Source: Chloroflexota bacterium (GTDB lineage: Bacteria > Chloroflexota > Dehalococcoidia > SM23-28-2 > JACOUE01). Taken from it: 64,000 nucleotides of DNA. Position 1 is the stretch's first letter, and each line of letters begins with the position of its first letter. Location: NCBI GenBank assembly GCA_016178045.1, contig JACOUE010000034.1:147-64146 (forward strand), given 5' to 3'. Shown here in pieces: positions 9,472 to 18,251 of the stretch. Below the pieces are notes generated by a model that worked only from the letters and a program-made list of their open reading frames with translations, searched no databases and was not told the DNA's origin. The translations under genes were made by a program, and so were the position numbers.

Positions 9472-12400
9472 TCAGTCGATGGCCCCACTCGAGGTCAGGG
9501 CCTGAATCCTGTCCGCCAGCGCTTTCATCCCCAGTTCGGAGGCTGTCTGTTGAGCCTGATCGAGGAGCGCCAGCGCCTTATCCCTGTCGGCGGGCTCTCC
9601 CCTGGCGAGGAGCATGCGGGCGTAGTCGTGCTGGGTATGGGCCAGCCAGGGCCGGGCGCCCATCCGGGTGTGCATCTCCAGGGCGTCATGGAAATGGCGG
9701 GCCGCGTCTTTCCAGCGGCGCATGACTGTGGCGAGGAGGCCTAGGTAGCGACCGGCGGAGCCACAGCATACCGAACCGTAGCCCACCTGGAAGTTTCGCT
9801 TGGCATAGGGCAGTGCGAGGCCGTAAAGTATGGCCGCGCGGTGGGTATCGCCAAGATAGGCCGAGACTTCGGAAAGGCCGGCGAGGCAGGCCGTCCATAG
9901 AAAGTCCCGGGGCAGGTCAGCGAAGCGGTTCGTTGCCAGGTGTTCAAACTCAGCCCGCGCCTCCGCCTCGCGGCCAGTTTCGCAGTACATGAGGGCTGTG
10001 GCAGCCCGCACCAGGGCCATCGCGGGAAACTGCTGGGCAAAGCTCTTTTGGACCGCTTCCAGTTCCCCCAGGCGGCCCTGCTCTCGGCGCAGAAAGAATA
10101 GGACGATGGCGAAGTTCGCGGCCGCATTCTGCGCTCCCATCCGCTGTCCAATAGCCAGGGCCTCCTGGGCTAGTCGCTCGGTGTCCTCAAATCGACCCAC
10201 GAGCAAGGCGCGCATCGCCTGAAGTATGGCCGTTACCCGCAGAAAATGGGGCTGCCGCAGCTCCTGTGCCAGACTTGAATAGGCTTCAATTTCCACATCG
10301 ACCGCCTCGATATCGCCTAGCTCGAGGAGGTCTATGAGCCGCCAGTGGCGCCACTCAAGGGCCATCTCCTTATCGCCGGCATCCTCAGCCAGTTGAAAAA
10401 GCTCGGTGGCGGATTCGAGGCGTTCGTCAAGACTCTCCGGGTCCAGGTATACGAAGCGCCTGGCGTTCCACGTGTAAGCCAGGGCTGTGGGATCGCCCAC
10501 GCGTCGTGCCATATCAACCGCCTGCTGGCTGAGAGACAAGCCCCGCCCCAATGCCTCCGTCTGAAACCCAGCAGGAGCGGTAAGAGCTATGGCCAGGCGG
10601 GCCATGACCCTCGCCCGGAGGGCGCTATCGGTGTCTTCCAGAGCATCCAATGCCTCCTCGAGCAGGCCCACCTGGCCTTCTTCGTCCCTTCCGGCTACTG
10701 CGCCTGTTCTGCCAAAGTCCAAAGCAGCTCGCGCCAGAAGATTCGGCGATCCCAGTTTTCTCGCAGCCTGCGCCGCCTGCTCGCAACTCTCCATCGCTTG
10801 CCGAGTCTCGCCCGCCCTCCTTTGGGCCTCAGCGAGGGTCAGCAGGAGCTCGCAGCGCTCGGCCTCGTCCGGCTTCTCCTTGAGGTCGAGGGCCCCGAGC
10901 GCCATTGCGTAGTGGCGGCTCGCCTCCTGGTAGGCGACCTGGGAGAGGGCGCGCCGGCCGGCCCGGGCGGCGTAATCGACGGCCTTCTCCACGTCGCCGC
11001 CGGGGGCGGCCTGGCAGAAGTGGTTGGCCAGCTCCGCGACGTGTGGCTCCGGGTCGGCGGCGTAGAGGGCCTCCAGCGCCTCGGCCACGCGGCGGTGGAG
11101 TTGGCGGCGGCGGGGGGCGCTCAACCCCTGGTAGAGGGTCTCCTGGATGAGAGGATGGGCGAAGACGTAGCCGTCACCCTGCTCGCGGACGACGTGGGCC
11201 GACAGTGCCTCGTCGAGCAGGTCAAGGAGGGAGTCCTCATCCTGACCCGTCGCTGCGGCAACCTTGAGAAGGGTGAGGTCGCGCCCCAGGACGGACGAGT
11301 AGGCGAGGACGCGGTTGGCCTCTTCGCCGAGACGGTCGAGGCGGCGGGTGATGACCTGTCGCACGCCGTCGGGGATGGCCCAGCCGCCCACGTCGGCCTG
11401 CGGGTCGGCGAGGTTGCGCCCCTGCTCCTCGAGGTGGCGGACCAGCTCCTCGATGAAGAAGGGGTTACCTTCGGCGGCGGCAAAGAGCGCATCCACGATA
11501 TGCGGCACGGGAACGTGGCCGACGACGTCTTCCATGAGGGCCGCCGTCTCCTCCCGGCCGAACGGACGCAGGGTGATCTGGCCGTCGGTGCGCTGGCGGG
11601 CCATCTCGGCCAGGAGCCGGGCCATAGGGTGCTTCGCGTCGACCTCTACGTCGCGGAAGGTACCCACGGTCAAGAGCGGTCCTTCCGCCAAGCGACCGGC
11701 CAGGTGCTGGAGGAGGAGAAGGCTGGAGTCGTCGGCCCAGTGCAGGTCGTCGAGGACCAGCATGAGAGGCGTCTTGGCGGCGGCGGTGAGAAGCAGTTCG
11801 CTGACGGACTGGAACACCTGATAGCGTTCGCTTTCCGCGCTAAGAGCGGGCGGCTCCGGCGTCGCAGGCAGCATCTGCCGCAGCTCGGGAAGCAGCTTCG
11901 CCAGGTAAGCAGCGTTGCCGTTCAGCTCCGCGAGCAGCTCCTCGGGAGAGCGGCTGCGGACGTAAGGGCCCAGCGCCTGCGTGAAGGGCAGGTACGGAGG
12001 CATTCCCTCGGTGTCATAGGCGTGGCCGCTGAGGACCTGGAAGCCGCGGTCGGTGGCGTAGATCGCCAGCTCGGAGACCAGGCGCGTCTTCCCCACCCCG
12101 GGCTCGCCGGCCACGAGCACAAGACTGCCCTGCCCGCGGCCGGCCATCTCCAGGCGCTGCCGCAGCTTGGCGGCCTCCTCCTGGCGACCGACGAAGCGGG
12201 CGAGCCGGGGTCGGACGCTGACGCTGTCATGCCGGCGCGCCTCAAACAGGGGGACCGGTTCGGCGAAGCCCTTGAGCGCCCGCTCGCCGAGGGACGTGAA
12301 CTCTGTCCCGGGGGTGCCGCGGGCGAGCAGCCGCGTCACCTCCGAGACGAGGACCTGGCCGCCCTCGGCTTCAGCCTCGATGCGGGCGGCGAGGTTGACG

Positions 12401-12744
12401 TCGCTGCCGAAGAGGTCGTCTCCCTCCGCTACGGGCTCGCCGGTGTGGAGGCCGATGCGAACGCTGAGCTCGGAGTACCGCCCCTCGGCGTGCTGCGCGG
12501 CGATGGCCTGCTGGACGGCGGCGGCGCACTCCACCCCCTGCCGGGCCGATTGGAACGCGACCATGAAGCCGTCGCCCGTACCTTTGACGACCGTCCCGCT
12601 GAAGCGCTCGAACTCCTGTCGCAGGATGCGGTCGTGGGCCCGGCGGAGGGCCTGGGCCGCCTCGTCGCCGAGGCGATCGCCCAGGGCGGTCGACCCGACG
12701 AGGTCGGTGAACATGACGGTAAGAGTGCCCGAGACGGTACTCAT
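9472..12744 (-). CDS. Class III adenylate/guanylate cyclase domain fused to a AAA/STAND ATPase and a TPR-like C-terminus
   Basis: N-terminal LTVMFTDLVGSTAL...GDGFMVAF cyclase blocks; Walker A GEPGVGKTRL; about 500 aa of helical-repeat C-terminus. No HTH seen. Confidence 0.85.
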   Translation of the reverse strand: MSTVSGTLTVMFTDLVGSTALGDRLGDEAAQALRRAHDRILRQEFERFSGTVVKGTGDGFMVAFQSARQGVECAAAVQQAIAAQHAEGRYSELSVRIGLHTGEPVAEGDDLFGSDVNLAARIEAEAEGGQVLVSEVTRLLARGTPGTEFTSLGERALKGFAEPVPLFEARRHDSVSVRPRLARFVGRQEEAAKLRQRLEMAGRGQGSLVLVAGEPGVGKTRLVSELAIYATDRGFQVLSGHAYDTEGMPPYLPFTQALGPYVRSRSPEELLAELNGNAAYLAKLLPELRQMLPATPEPPALSAESERYQVFQSVSELLLTAAAKTPLMLVLDDLHWADDSSLLLLQHLAGRLAEGPLLTVGTFRDVEVDAKHPMARLLAEMARQRTDGQITLRPFGREETAALMEDVVGHVPVPHIVDALFAAAEGNPFFIEELVRHLEEQGRNLADPQADVGGWAIPDGVRQVITRRLDRLGEEANRVLAYSSVLGRDLTLLKVAAATGQDEDSLLDLLDEALSAHVVREQGDGYVFAHPLIQETLYQGLSAPRRRQLHRRVAEALEALYAADPEPHVAELANHFCQAAPGGDVEKAVDYAARAGRRALSQVAYQEASRHYAMALGALDLKEKPDEAERCELLLTLAEAQRRAGETRQAMESCEQAAQAARKLGSPNLLARAALDFGRTGAVAGRDEEGQVGLLEEALDALEDTDSALRARVMARLAIALTAPAGFQTEALGRGLSLSQQAVDMARRVGDPTALAYTWNARRFVYLDPESLDERLESATELFQLAEDAGDKEMALEWRHWRLIDLLELGDIEAVDVEIEAYSSLAQELRQPHFLRVTAILQAMRALLVGRFEDTERLAQEALAIGQRMGAQNAAANFAIVLFFLRREQGRLGELEAVQKSFAQQFPAMALVRAATALMYCETGREAEARAEFEHLATNRFADLPRDFLWTACLAGLSEVSAYLGDTHRAAILYGLALPYAKRNFQVGYGSVCCGSAGRYLGLLATVMRRWKDAARHFHDALEMHTRMGARPWLAHTQHDYARMLLARGEPADRDKALALLDQAQQTASELGMKALADRIQALTSSGAID

Positions 12745-12784
12745 GCGTAAGTCTCAGGAGCGCGGGACGAGGACTGGCCCCGTC

Positions 12785-12813
12785 ATCATAGGTTACGTCT
12801 ATTATTTGTTCAA
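12785..12813 (-). promoter_or_regulatory. Sigma70-type promoter upstream of the cyclase-STAND gene
   Basis: Minus strand: TTGAAC-N17-TATGAT, about 40 nt upstream of ATG 12744. Confidence 0.4.
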
Positions 12814-12886
12814 GTTGGCGAAAATAGCATCTAACCATGGACTTGTTGTCGGGAGGTACGGTCAGAGGGGGAACGGATACGAATCT

Positions 12887-12976
12887 TGGTGCCGGGGGTG
12901 GGGGTCGAACCCACACTCCGCCTGAGGCGGAAGCGGATTTTAAGTCCGCCGCGTCTACCGGTTCCGCCACCCCGGC
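12887..12976 (-). tRNA. tRNA-Leu (anticodon TAA), CCA encoded
   Basis: Minus strand GCCGGGGTGGCGGAACCGGTAGACGC..GCGGA-CTTAAAA-TCCGC..long variable arm..GGGTTCGACCCCCACCCCCGGCACCA. Confidence 0.9.
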
Positions 12977-13036
12977 CCGTGTCGCGCATAAGTATAACTC
13001 AGTGCGAATCGCCCTGAGTTATAGTCCGCAGCCATT

Positions 13037-13111
13037 TGGAGGCGACGGTGGGAATCGAACCCACGATCGGGGTTTTGCAGACCCCTGCCTTAACCACTTG
13101 GCTACGTCGCC
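13037..13111 (-). tRNA. tRNA-Cys (anticodon GCA), CCA encoded
   Basis: Minus strand GGCGACGTAGCCAAGTGGTTAAGGCA-GGGGT-CTGCAAA-ACCCC-..GTGGGTTCGATTCCCACCGTCGCCTCCA. Confidence 0.9.
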
Positions 13112-13118
13112 TTGACCC

Positions 13119-13205
13119 TGGTGCCGAGGAGGGGATTTGAACCCCTACGCCCTTACGGGCACCGCCCCCTCAAGACGGCGTGTCTACCTATTCCACCACC
13201 TCGGC
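13119..13205 (-). tRNA. tRNA-Leu (anticodon GAG), CCA encoded
   Basis: Minus strand GCCGAGGTGGTGGAATAGGTAGACACG-CCGTC-TTGAGGG-GGCGG-long variable arm-GGGGTTCAAATCCCCTCCTCGGCACCA. Confidence 0.9.
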
Positions 13206-13216
13206 AGCCACTAAAT

Positions 13217-13244
13217 ATATTACGGATTTCCCGGCCCTTCGCAA
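13217..13244 (-). promoter_or_regulatory. Promoter of the Leu-Cys-Leu tRNA cluster
   Basis: Minus strand: TTGCGA-N16-TAATAT, ending about 11 nt before the tRNA-Leu(GAG) 5' end. Confidence 0.5.
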
Positions 13245-13268
13245 GTAGGACGGGCCCCCCGCGGCTCA

Positions 13269-14672
13269 TCACGGCGCGCTCTGAGGCGCCTCCTCTTCGA
13301 TGGTGACGGTCTGGGGAGTGACTTGGTCCGGCAGGCTATAGCCGCGGAAGAAGATGAAGCCGATGAAGGCGGCGGCGCCGGCGACGGGGCCGGTGAGGCG
13401 GATCCCCAGCGGGTTGTCGGCGGTCTCACCGATGAGGAAGAGGCCGGCGAGAATGGCGACGGAAAGCGAGCCGACCCACTTCTCGATGGTGTTCTGGGCG
13501 CCGTAGTAGAGCGCCTCGCGGCGCACTCCGGTACGGAGGGCGTCGTAGTCGATGATGTCGGCCATGATGGCGTTGGGGAAGGCGAAGACGCCGACGATGG
13601 CGACCCCCGCGACCGCGACGAAGAGGGCGCTCTGCAGCAGGGGGTGCACGCCGGGGACGAGGCCCATGAAGAAGAGAAACGGGAAGGCGACGGCGCCGCA
13701 GAGCATGGCGGCGGAGTAGACCCAGGCCTTCCCCCGGACGGTGGCCAGCCGGTAGACCAGGGGCAGGGCGGCGATGACGGCCAGGATGGCGGCCCCGGCC
13801 AGGACGGAGCTGACGCCGCCCTCCTTCAGGCTGAAGGAGAAGCCGGGGAGATTGACCGAGAGGGACTCTTTCTGGCCAAGGATGACCGACTCGGCGAAGA
13901 AGGGGAGGGCGGCCAGCATGACGGTGACGGCCATGTTGAAGAAGACGAAGGTGGGCAGGAAGTAGAGGAACTGGTCGTTGCGGAAAGCCTCGCGCAGGGA
14001 CTGGGCGAGGCCGAACTGGACGGGCTCGACGTTGGCCCGCGCGTAGGGCCAGGCCCCGGCCACGCCGATGTAGCGGGACAGGAGGGCGATGACGGCCACT
14101 ATGGCGGCCATGGCCTGGAAGCCCATAGTGTCCTTGATGACGCCTGTCGCCACCAGCCCTACGATCGCGCCCAGGGAGCCCAAGAACACCTGCCAGACGA
14201 CGATGCTGACGCGGGAGGCGGAGGTGCGCGCTATCTCCGGCAGGAGCGCTTCCAGGGGCCCGCCGGAGAGGGTGCCCACGAAGCGCTGGACCAAGAGGAT
14301 GATGGTGATGTAGAGGGCGTTGAGCCAGACGGCGTGCCCTTCGCCGGGCGGGGTGAAGTAGAAGAAGAAGAAGAGGGCGTAGAAGGGGGTGGCGGAGACG
14401 ATGAAGGGGATGCGCCGGCCCCAGCGGGTGCGGGTGCGGTCGCTCCAGTAGCCAATGAGGGGGTCGTCGATGGCGTCCTGGATGCCGACGGCGAGGAGGA
14501 TAGCGGCCAGGGTGAAGCGAGGGATGATAGTGGGGAGGTCGGCGTCGGCGGGAGGGGCGTAGAAGAAGACGAGCCAGAGGCCGGCGGTGCGGGAGAGGAC
14601 GTTACCCCCGAAGCTGGCCGAAGCGTAGACGACGCGGTTCAGCCGGGGGATGTCGTGCAGGGCCTCTGCCAC
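13269..14672 (-). CDS. MFS transporter, glycoside-pentoside-hexuronide (GPH/MelB-like) family
   Basis: 467 aa, about 12 TM. Signature DAIDDPLIGYWSDRTRTRWGRRIPF. TATAAT box at 14710-14715. Confidence 0.85.
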   Translation of the reverse strand: MAEALHDIPRLNRVVYASASFGGNVLSRTAGLWLVFFYAPPADADLPTIIPRFTLAAILLAVGIQDAIDDPLIGYWSDRTRTRWGRRIPFIVSATPFYALFFFFYFTPPGEGHAVWLNALYITIILLVQRFVGTLSGGPLEALLPEIARTSASRVSIVVWQVFLGSLGAIVGLVATGVIKDTMGFQAMAAIVAVIALLSRYIGVAGAWPYARANVEPVQFGLAQSLREAFRNDQFLYFLPTFVFFNMAVTVMLAALPFFAESVILGQKESLSVNLPGFSFSLKEGGVSSVLAGAAILAVIAALPLVYRLATVRGKAWVYSAAMLCGAVAFPFLFFMGLVPGVHPLLQSALFVAVAGVAIVGVFAFPNAIMADIIDYDALRTGVRREALYYGAQNTIEKWVGSLSVAILAGLFLIGETADNPLGIRLTGPVAGAAAFIGFIFFRGYSLPDQVTPQTVTIEEEAPQSAP

Positions 14673-14759
14673 GATGTCGGCGCTTCCTCCGGGCTAGGCA
14701 GCCCAGACGATTATAGACCGCCCCGGCTAGGGCGGCGAGGGCGGTCTGCCTGACAAAGA

Positions 14760-14794
14760 AAACGGTCGGGAGAGGGTCTCTCTCCCGACCGTTT
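14760..14794 (-). terminator. 15-bp stem-loop followed by a T-rich run on the minus strand
   Basis: aaacggtcgggagag-ggtct-ctctcccgaccgttt. Minus-strand downstream sequence is TTCTTTGT. It sits exactly where similarity of the STAND fragment ends. Confidence 0.55.
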
Positions 14795-15495
14795 CCGGCT
14801 GCCTCTGTGAGCTGCACAATCTCGCTGGCGGTGGCGAGGCGGTCCTCGAGGTTCTCCGGCCCCCAGAGGGCCAGATGGCTGCTATATAGGGCATAGGCCA
14901 GTACCGCTGGCTCACCTAGTCGCCAGGCCATGTCAACGGCCTCTCGGCTCAGGGAGATCCTCCGTTCCTGCGGGGCGGAAAAGTAGAGGGCCCCGGCGAG
15001 GCCGCCAGCAGCCTGACACGAAGGTCACTATCGCCCTCTGCCAGGGTTGCCCAGCGCCTCCTCGAGCAGGCCCACAGCGACCTCGTTGACGGCCCCGACT
15101 TCGAACCACCTCGGTCCTGCAAAGCCTAGGGCGGCGCGGCCCCGCGCCGCCGGAGCTGGTAATTTCTTTGCCATCTCAGCTGCGCGCTGCAACGTGTCCC
15201 TGGCGTTAGGAGTATCCGCGGCCTTCGACTGTGCCTCGCCCAGCGATAGCAAGGGCTCGCATCGCTGCCCCTCGTCGGGCCTCTCCTTCAAATCGAGGGT
15301 TTGGAGGGCGCGCTGGTAGAGGCCCACCGCATCCTCAAAGGCAAGTTGCTTTTCGGCCCGCTCAGCGGCCCGCTGGGCGTAATCGACGGCCTTATCCAGT
15401 TCGCCGGCCTGGGCGGCCGCGGTCCATGTGACCGGGAGCGGGCACACCCCCGTAAGGACGACGCGGACCGCAACGTGCTCAGGGCATTGGATGGT
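14795..15495 (-). pseudogene. Decayed fragment of a cyclase-STAND-TPR paralogue (central TPR part only)
   Basis: Track ORFs 15028-15447 and 14602-14931 align by eye to the middle of the 9472-12744 protein. Examples: ELDKAVDYAQRAAERA vs DVEKAVDYAARAGRRA; DLKERPDEGQRCEPLLSLGEAQ vs DLKEKPDEAERCELLLTLAEAQ; GEPAVLAYALY..ENLEDRLATASEIVQLTEAAG vs GDPTALAYTWN..ESLDERLESATELFQLAEDAG. A frame change near 15000 is needed, and the cyclase, ATPase and distal TPR parts are absent. Confidence 0.7.
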
Positions 15496-15713
15496 AGCGA
15501 CGCGGATGTTAAAACCCTTTTACCTGCGGCGGTAGCTGGCTGCCCGACGCCAGCGTTACCTATGGGGCAACCACAGTCATCTGTGATCGTGCGGGCAGAG
15601 CGAGTGCCGGCAAGCGCAGGCAGGCGGGCGTTCGGGTCGAACTAGGCAGATACCGGAGCCGGGTGTGGATTAGGCGCCTTCTGGTCAGCGTTCGGGGCGG
15701 CCTGGAGGCCCCA

Positions 15714-16775
15714 TCAGCATGCGGTTCCAATGACGCCCGCCACCCGGGACAGGTCGGCGCCGGTGATGCTGTAGTCGCCTGCCGGGTCGGGAGCGATGTC
15801 CTTGCGGACCAGGGCCGGCGGAACCGTCTGACCGACGTCGCTGGCCACCAATGAGAGGTCGGCGCCGGTGACGGCTCTGTCGTCGTTCAGGTCAGGGGGC
15901 CGGGCGTCCGGCTCCTCGTCGCCGGGGGTGAAGGTGGCGGAGCAGAACAGAAGGGGATCTGTGCCCACGTGGCACTCCAGGCTGTCCAGGAAGGCATCGC
16001 CGTCGGTGTCGGTGGTGGTGGCACAGGCAAGTGTAGGGGTGGCGGTAGCAGTAGGAGTGGCCGTGGCGGTGGGTGTGGCCGTGGCCGTTGCGGTGGGCGT
16101 GGGCGTGGGCGTGGCCGTGGCGGCGGCAGTGGCGGTAGCGGTGGGGCTTGGGCAGCTGCCGATGCAGACGGGGACGATGAGGTGGGCTTGGTGTGCGCCG
16201 AGTTCGGGTAAATAGTCGCCGGTGACGTTGTAGGTGCCGGCGCTGGCCGGGTTGGTGAGGAGGACGCGGTCCCCCGAATCCGTGGAGATGCCGCAGCCGT
16301 TCGCCTGCTTGTCGGCATCGTTGTCCTCGGCGTAGAGTGCGTCCTGCCCTTGTCCCGGGTCCTGGTTCCTGAGGACGAAGGGGCCGTAGGTCTTGGCGAC
16401 GCCGGTGGTGCCGTCGGTGCAGTTGCCGTCGGCCTCGAGGTTGACCTGCATCGTCCCTACGGCGGTCACGAAGCCGTTGTCGGGCGGCTGGTCTTTGTCC
16501 GGGGTAAACGGGATGCTGCTGCCAGCAGTGATGCTCCAGCTGTTTCCGGGCAGGGTGAGGTTATAGGTCCCGAGTATGTGGTTTGCGGCGGGCAGGGTGG
16601 TGACGGCGGTGAGGTCAGCGTTGACGCTTACGGCCCGGTTGGCAGGGGTTACGGTAAGGGAGGGAGTGAAGTCCAGGCCGCCGTCGGCTCCAGCGGGCGC
16701 GGCGGCGTCCCACGCCACCAGCGCCACTACCGTAGCGACGACCGCCGCTGATAACCCCCAGAGCCACTTTTGCAT
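15714..16775 (-). CDS. Secreted protein with T/P/A linker and C-terminal dockerin-like calcium-binding repeat pair
   Basis: Signal peptide MQKWLWGLSAAVVATVVALVAW; linker [39 protein letters not shown]; C-terminus DTDGDAFLD.., DLNDDRAVTGADLSLV, DIAPDPAGDYSITGADLSRV. Confidence 0.8.
   Translation of the reverse strand: MQKWLWGLSAAVVATVVALVAWDAAAPAGADGGLDFTPSLTVTPANRAVSVNADLTAVTTLPAANHILGTYNLTLPGNSWSITAGSSIPFTPDKDQPPDNGFVTAVGTMQVNLEADGNCTDGTTGVAKTYGPFVLRNQDPGQGQDALYAEDNDADKQANGCGISTDSGDRVLLTNPASAGTYNVTGDYLPELGAHQAHLIVPVCIGSCPSPTATATAAATATPTPTPTATATATPTATATPTATATPTLACATTTDTDGDAFLDSLECHVGTDPLLFCSATFTPGDEEPDARPPDLNDDRAVTGADLSLVASDVGQTVPPALVRKDIAPDPAGDYSITGADLSRVAGVIGTAC
16031..16150 (-). repeat. 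Thr/Pro/Ala linker-coding low-complexity repeat
   Basis: ggcggtagc/ggcgtgggc-type degenerate 6-nt periodicity; same class as 3581-3783 and 34850-35135. Confidence 0.85.
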
Positions 16776-16812
16776 GGTCTTCCTAGATTCTCCCGACTGA
16801 CCGAGAATTATA

Positions 16813-16842
16813 GGCGGGAGAGACAGCCTTGCCTCTCCCGCC
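16813..16842 (-). terminator. 10-bp stem-loop between two minus-strand genes, abutting a TATAAT box (16807-16812)
   Basis: ggcgggagag-acagccttgc-ctctcccgcc. The minus strand continues TATAATTCT, so this is a likely terminator plus the -10 box for the 15714-16775 gene. Confidence 0.45.
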
Positions 16843-16910
16843 TACCATAACCCTCCCTAATTGCTCTCTAGCCTATCCTTCCCGTCTTTCGTTTGCCCTC
16901 CACGCTGCGG

Positions 16911-17327
16911 TCATGGGACCCGGCAGCAGGTCCGGCTGCGGCTGTTGCCCGTGTCATGCGTGTCGTCGTCGGCCAGGGCGTTGAAGCAGGCCAGACCCGG
17001 GAGGCTGCCGGTCGGGCAGGAGGGCAGGTCGTCGGCGTGGACGTCGGCCACGGCGACGATCGTCCACTTCTGCCCCGACACGGCGGACGGGTTGACACAG
17101 TCGAAGGGGAGGCCGAGGACGAAGACGTTGGCCGTCCTGCTGGCGCTGAGCGTCACGCTGGTCTGGATGATGCGGCCGTTGGGCGTGCAGCCGCTGGGGG
17201 CGGTGATGCCGGTGTAGACGCCGATGGTCTCGGTGTGGTCGCTCTGGTTCTGGATCCGGACGTGGATATCCTTCGGGTCGGGGATGGTCTGGCACTCATA
17301 CCCCCCAAGCGGCAAGATTATAGTCAA
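16911..17327 (-). CDS. Cys-rich hypothetical protein; start unresolved, possibly a 5'-truncated remnant
   Basis: The frame has genuine GC3-rich coding character (IHVRIQNQSDHTETIGVY...). It has no signal peptide, and the TTG start in the track lies inside a consensus promoter (see 17317-17344). Confidence 0.45.
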   Translation of the reverse strand: MTIILPLGGYECQTIPDPKDIHVRIQNQSDHTETIGVYTGITAPSGCTPNGRIIQTSVTLSASRTANVFVLGLPFDCVNPSAVSGQKWTIVAVADVHADDLPSCPTGSLPGLACFNALADDDTHDTGNSRSRTCCRVP

Positions 17328-17344
17328 CTCGCAGGCAATGTCAA
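17317..17344 (-). promoter_or_regulatory. Near-consensus sigma70 promoter
   Basis: Minus strand: CTTGACAT-N16-TATAAT (-35 at 17344-17339, -10 at 17322-17317). Confidence 0.5.
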
Positions 17345-17503
17345 GGGGTTTTTTCTACGAAATCGAACGGCGGGCGAAAAAATATCAATGGCCTGCGCCG
17401 GGGGGCACATTCTCGCCCGTGCTGGGTATTTCGTATCCAGAATCGTTCTTCCGGCCGGGGGGCGTCGCCCTGTCGGCGCGCCGCAGGAGCGACTGGATGT
17501 GCT

Positions 17504-17534
17504 TTGACCCTGGCGCCAAGAAGTGTGCTAGAAT
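17504..17534 (+). promoter_or_regulatory. Promoter with extended -10 for the downstream cupin gene
   Basis: TTGACC-N19-(TGc)TAGAAT. The spacer is long, but a TGn extended -10 is present. Confidence 0.35.
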
Positions 17535-17578
17535 CGACGCTGCGACCAGCGCTCTGGATTGTGGAATGGAGGTGCCCC

Positions 17579-17938
17579 GTGGCCGATGCTGCAAAGAAGA
17601 GCCTTGAGACCCCGGATGAGACGAGAAGCTTCGACAAAGGCAAGGTTCAGGTGATCAACATCGCGGGCGGCGCCGTGGGCAGGTACAAGTTCGAGCCCGG
17701 CTGGAAGTGGTCGGAGCACGTGAAGCCGATCGCCGGGACGGACCTATGCCAGGCTGCCCACTTCGCCTACCAGATCTCCGGCCGGCTCCACGTTGTCATG
17801 TCCGACGGAAGTGAAATCGAAGTCGGGCCCGGGGACGTCATGGTCGTGCCGCCGGGCCACGATGCCTGGGTGGTGGGCAACGAAGCCGTCACCGGGGTCG
17901 ACTGGGCCGGCTTGGGCGACTACGCCGTGCGCCGCTAG
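17579..17938 (+). CDS. Cupin domain protein
   Basis: Start trimmed to GTG 17579 (GGAGG 5 nt upstream). Cupin blocks GRYKFEPGWKWSEH ... VVPPGHDAWVVG. Confidence 0.75.
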   Translation: MADAAKKSLETPDETRSFDKGKVQVINIAGGAVGRYKFEPGWKWSEHVKPIAGTDLCQAAHFAYQISGRLHVVMSDGSEIEVGPGDVMVVPPGHDAWVVGNEAVTGVDWAGLGDYAVRR

Positions 17939-18008
17939 GTTACTGCGGAAGCGAGCGCCCCCACACCGCTAGCCGGGGAAAGACCGGCAGCGTCAGGAGA
18001 ATACTTCC

Positions 18009-18128
18009 GGCAGGGGCGGCAGGACTGGCCCAGACGGGTGCCCCGACGGGCCTGTGTTGGGGGCGTCGGCCCGAAGCCGCGACCCTTCGGCAGGCTCAGG
18101 GCAGGCTCTGCGGTTTTGGAGACCGCTG
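18009..18128 (-). pseudogene. Decayed copy of the 3' half of tRNA-Trp (anticodon arm to 3' end) interrupted by 45-nt and 24-nt insertions; att-like remnant
   Basis: 18009-18026 (ggcaggggcggcaggact), 18072-18084 (cgaagccgcgacc, 1 mismatch) and 18109-18128 (tgcggttttggagaccgctg) match consecutive parts of the tRNA-Trp gene at 21804-21879 in the same orientation. Confidence 0.6.
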
Positions 18129-18251
18129 AGTGTAATCGGGGCCATTGGGCGATTTTCGTATCTGAAACGATCCCTCGAGCGCCCTCGCTGTCCAGAACGC
18201 CTCGCACAAGCGAGTAACGCCACCGGCCCTGCCGCGTCATTTATCTCCGGA

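Noticed and set aside
10345-12750. 801-aa plus-strand ORF, and similar long ORFs opposite well-supported genes: 6326-7738, 13323-14753, 39111-40391, 41525-42721, 43514-44743, 47404-48414, 48270-49484, 53627-54709, 57082-58107, 60276-61205.
   Set aside because: These are mirror-strand shadows of real genes in GC-rich DNA. Their products are Gly/Ala/Arg/Asp/Val-rich with no motifs. Each is fully overlapped by a gene with clear family signatures and an SD-linked start.
18054-18251. 66-codon N-terminal extension of the PotD-like ORF in the track.
   Set aside because: The extension reads through the tRNA-Trp-derived remnant and repeat-like insert. An internal ATG at 18252 gives a canonical lipoprotein signal peptide.
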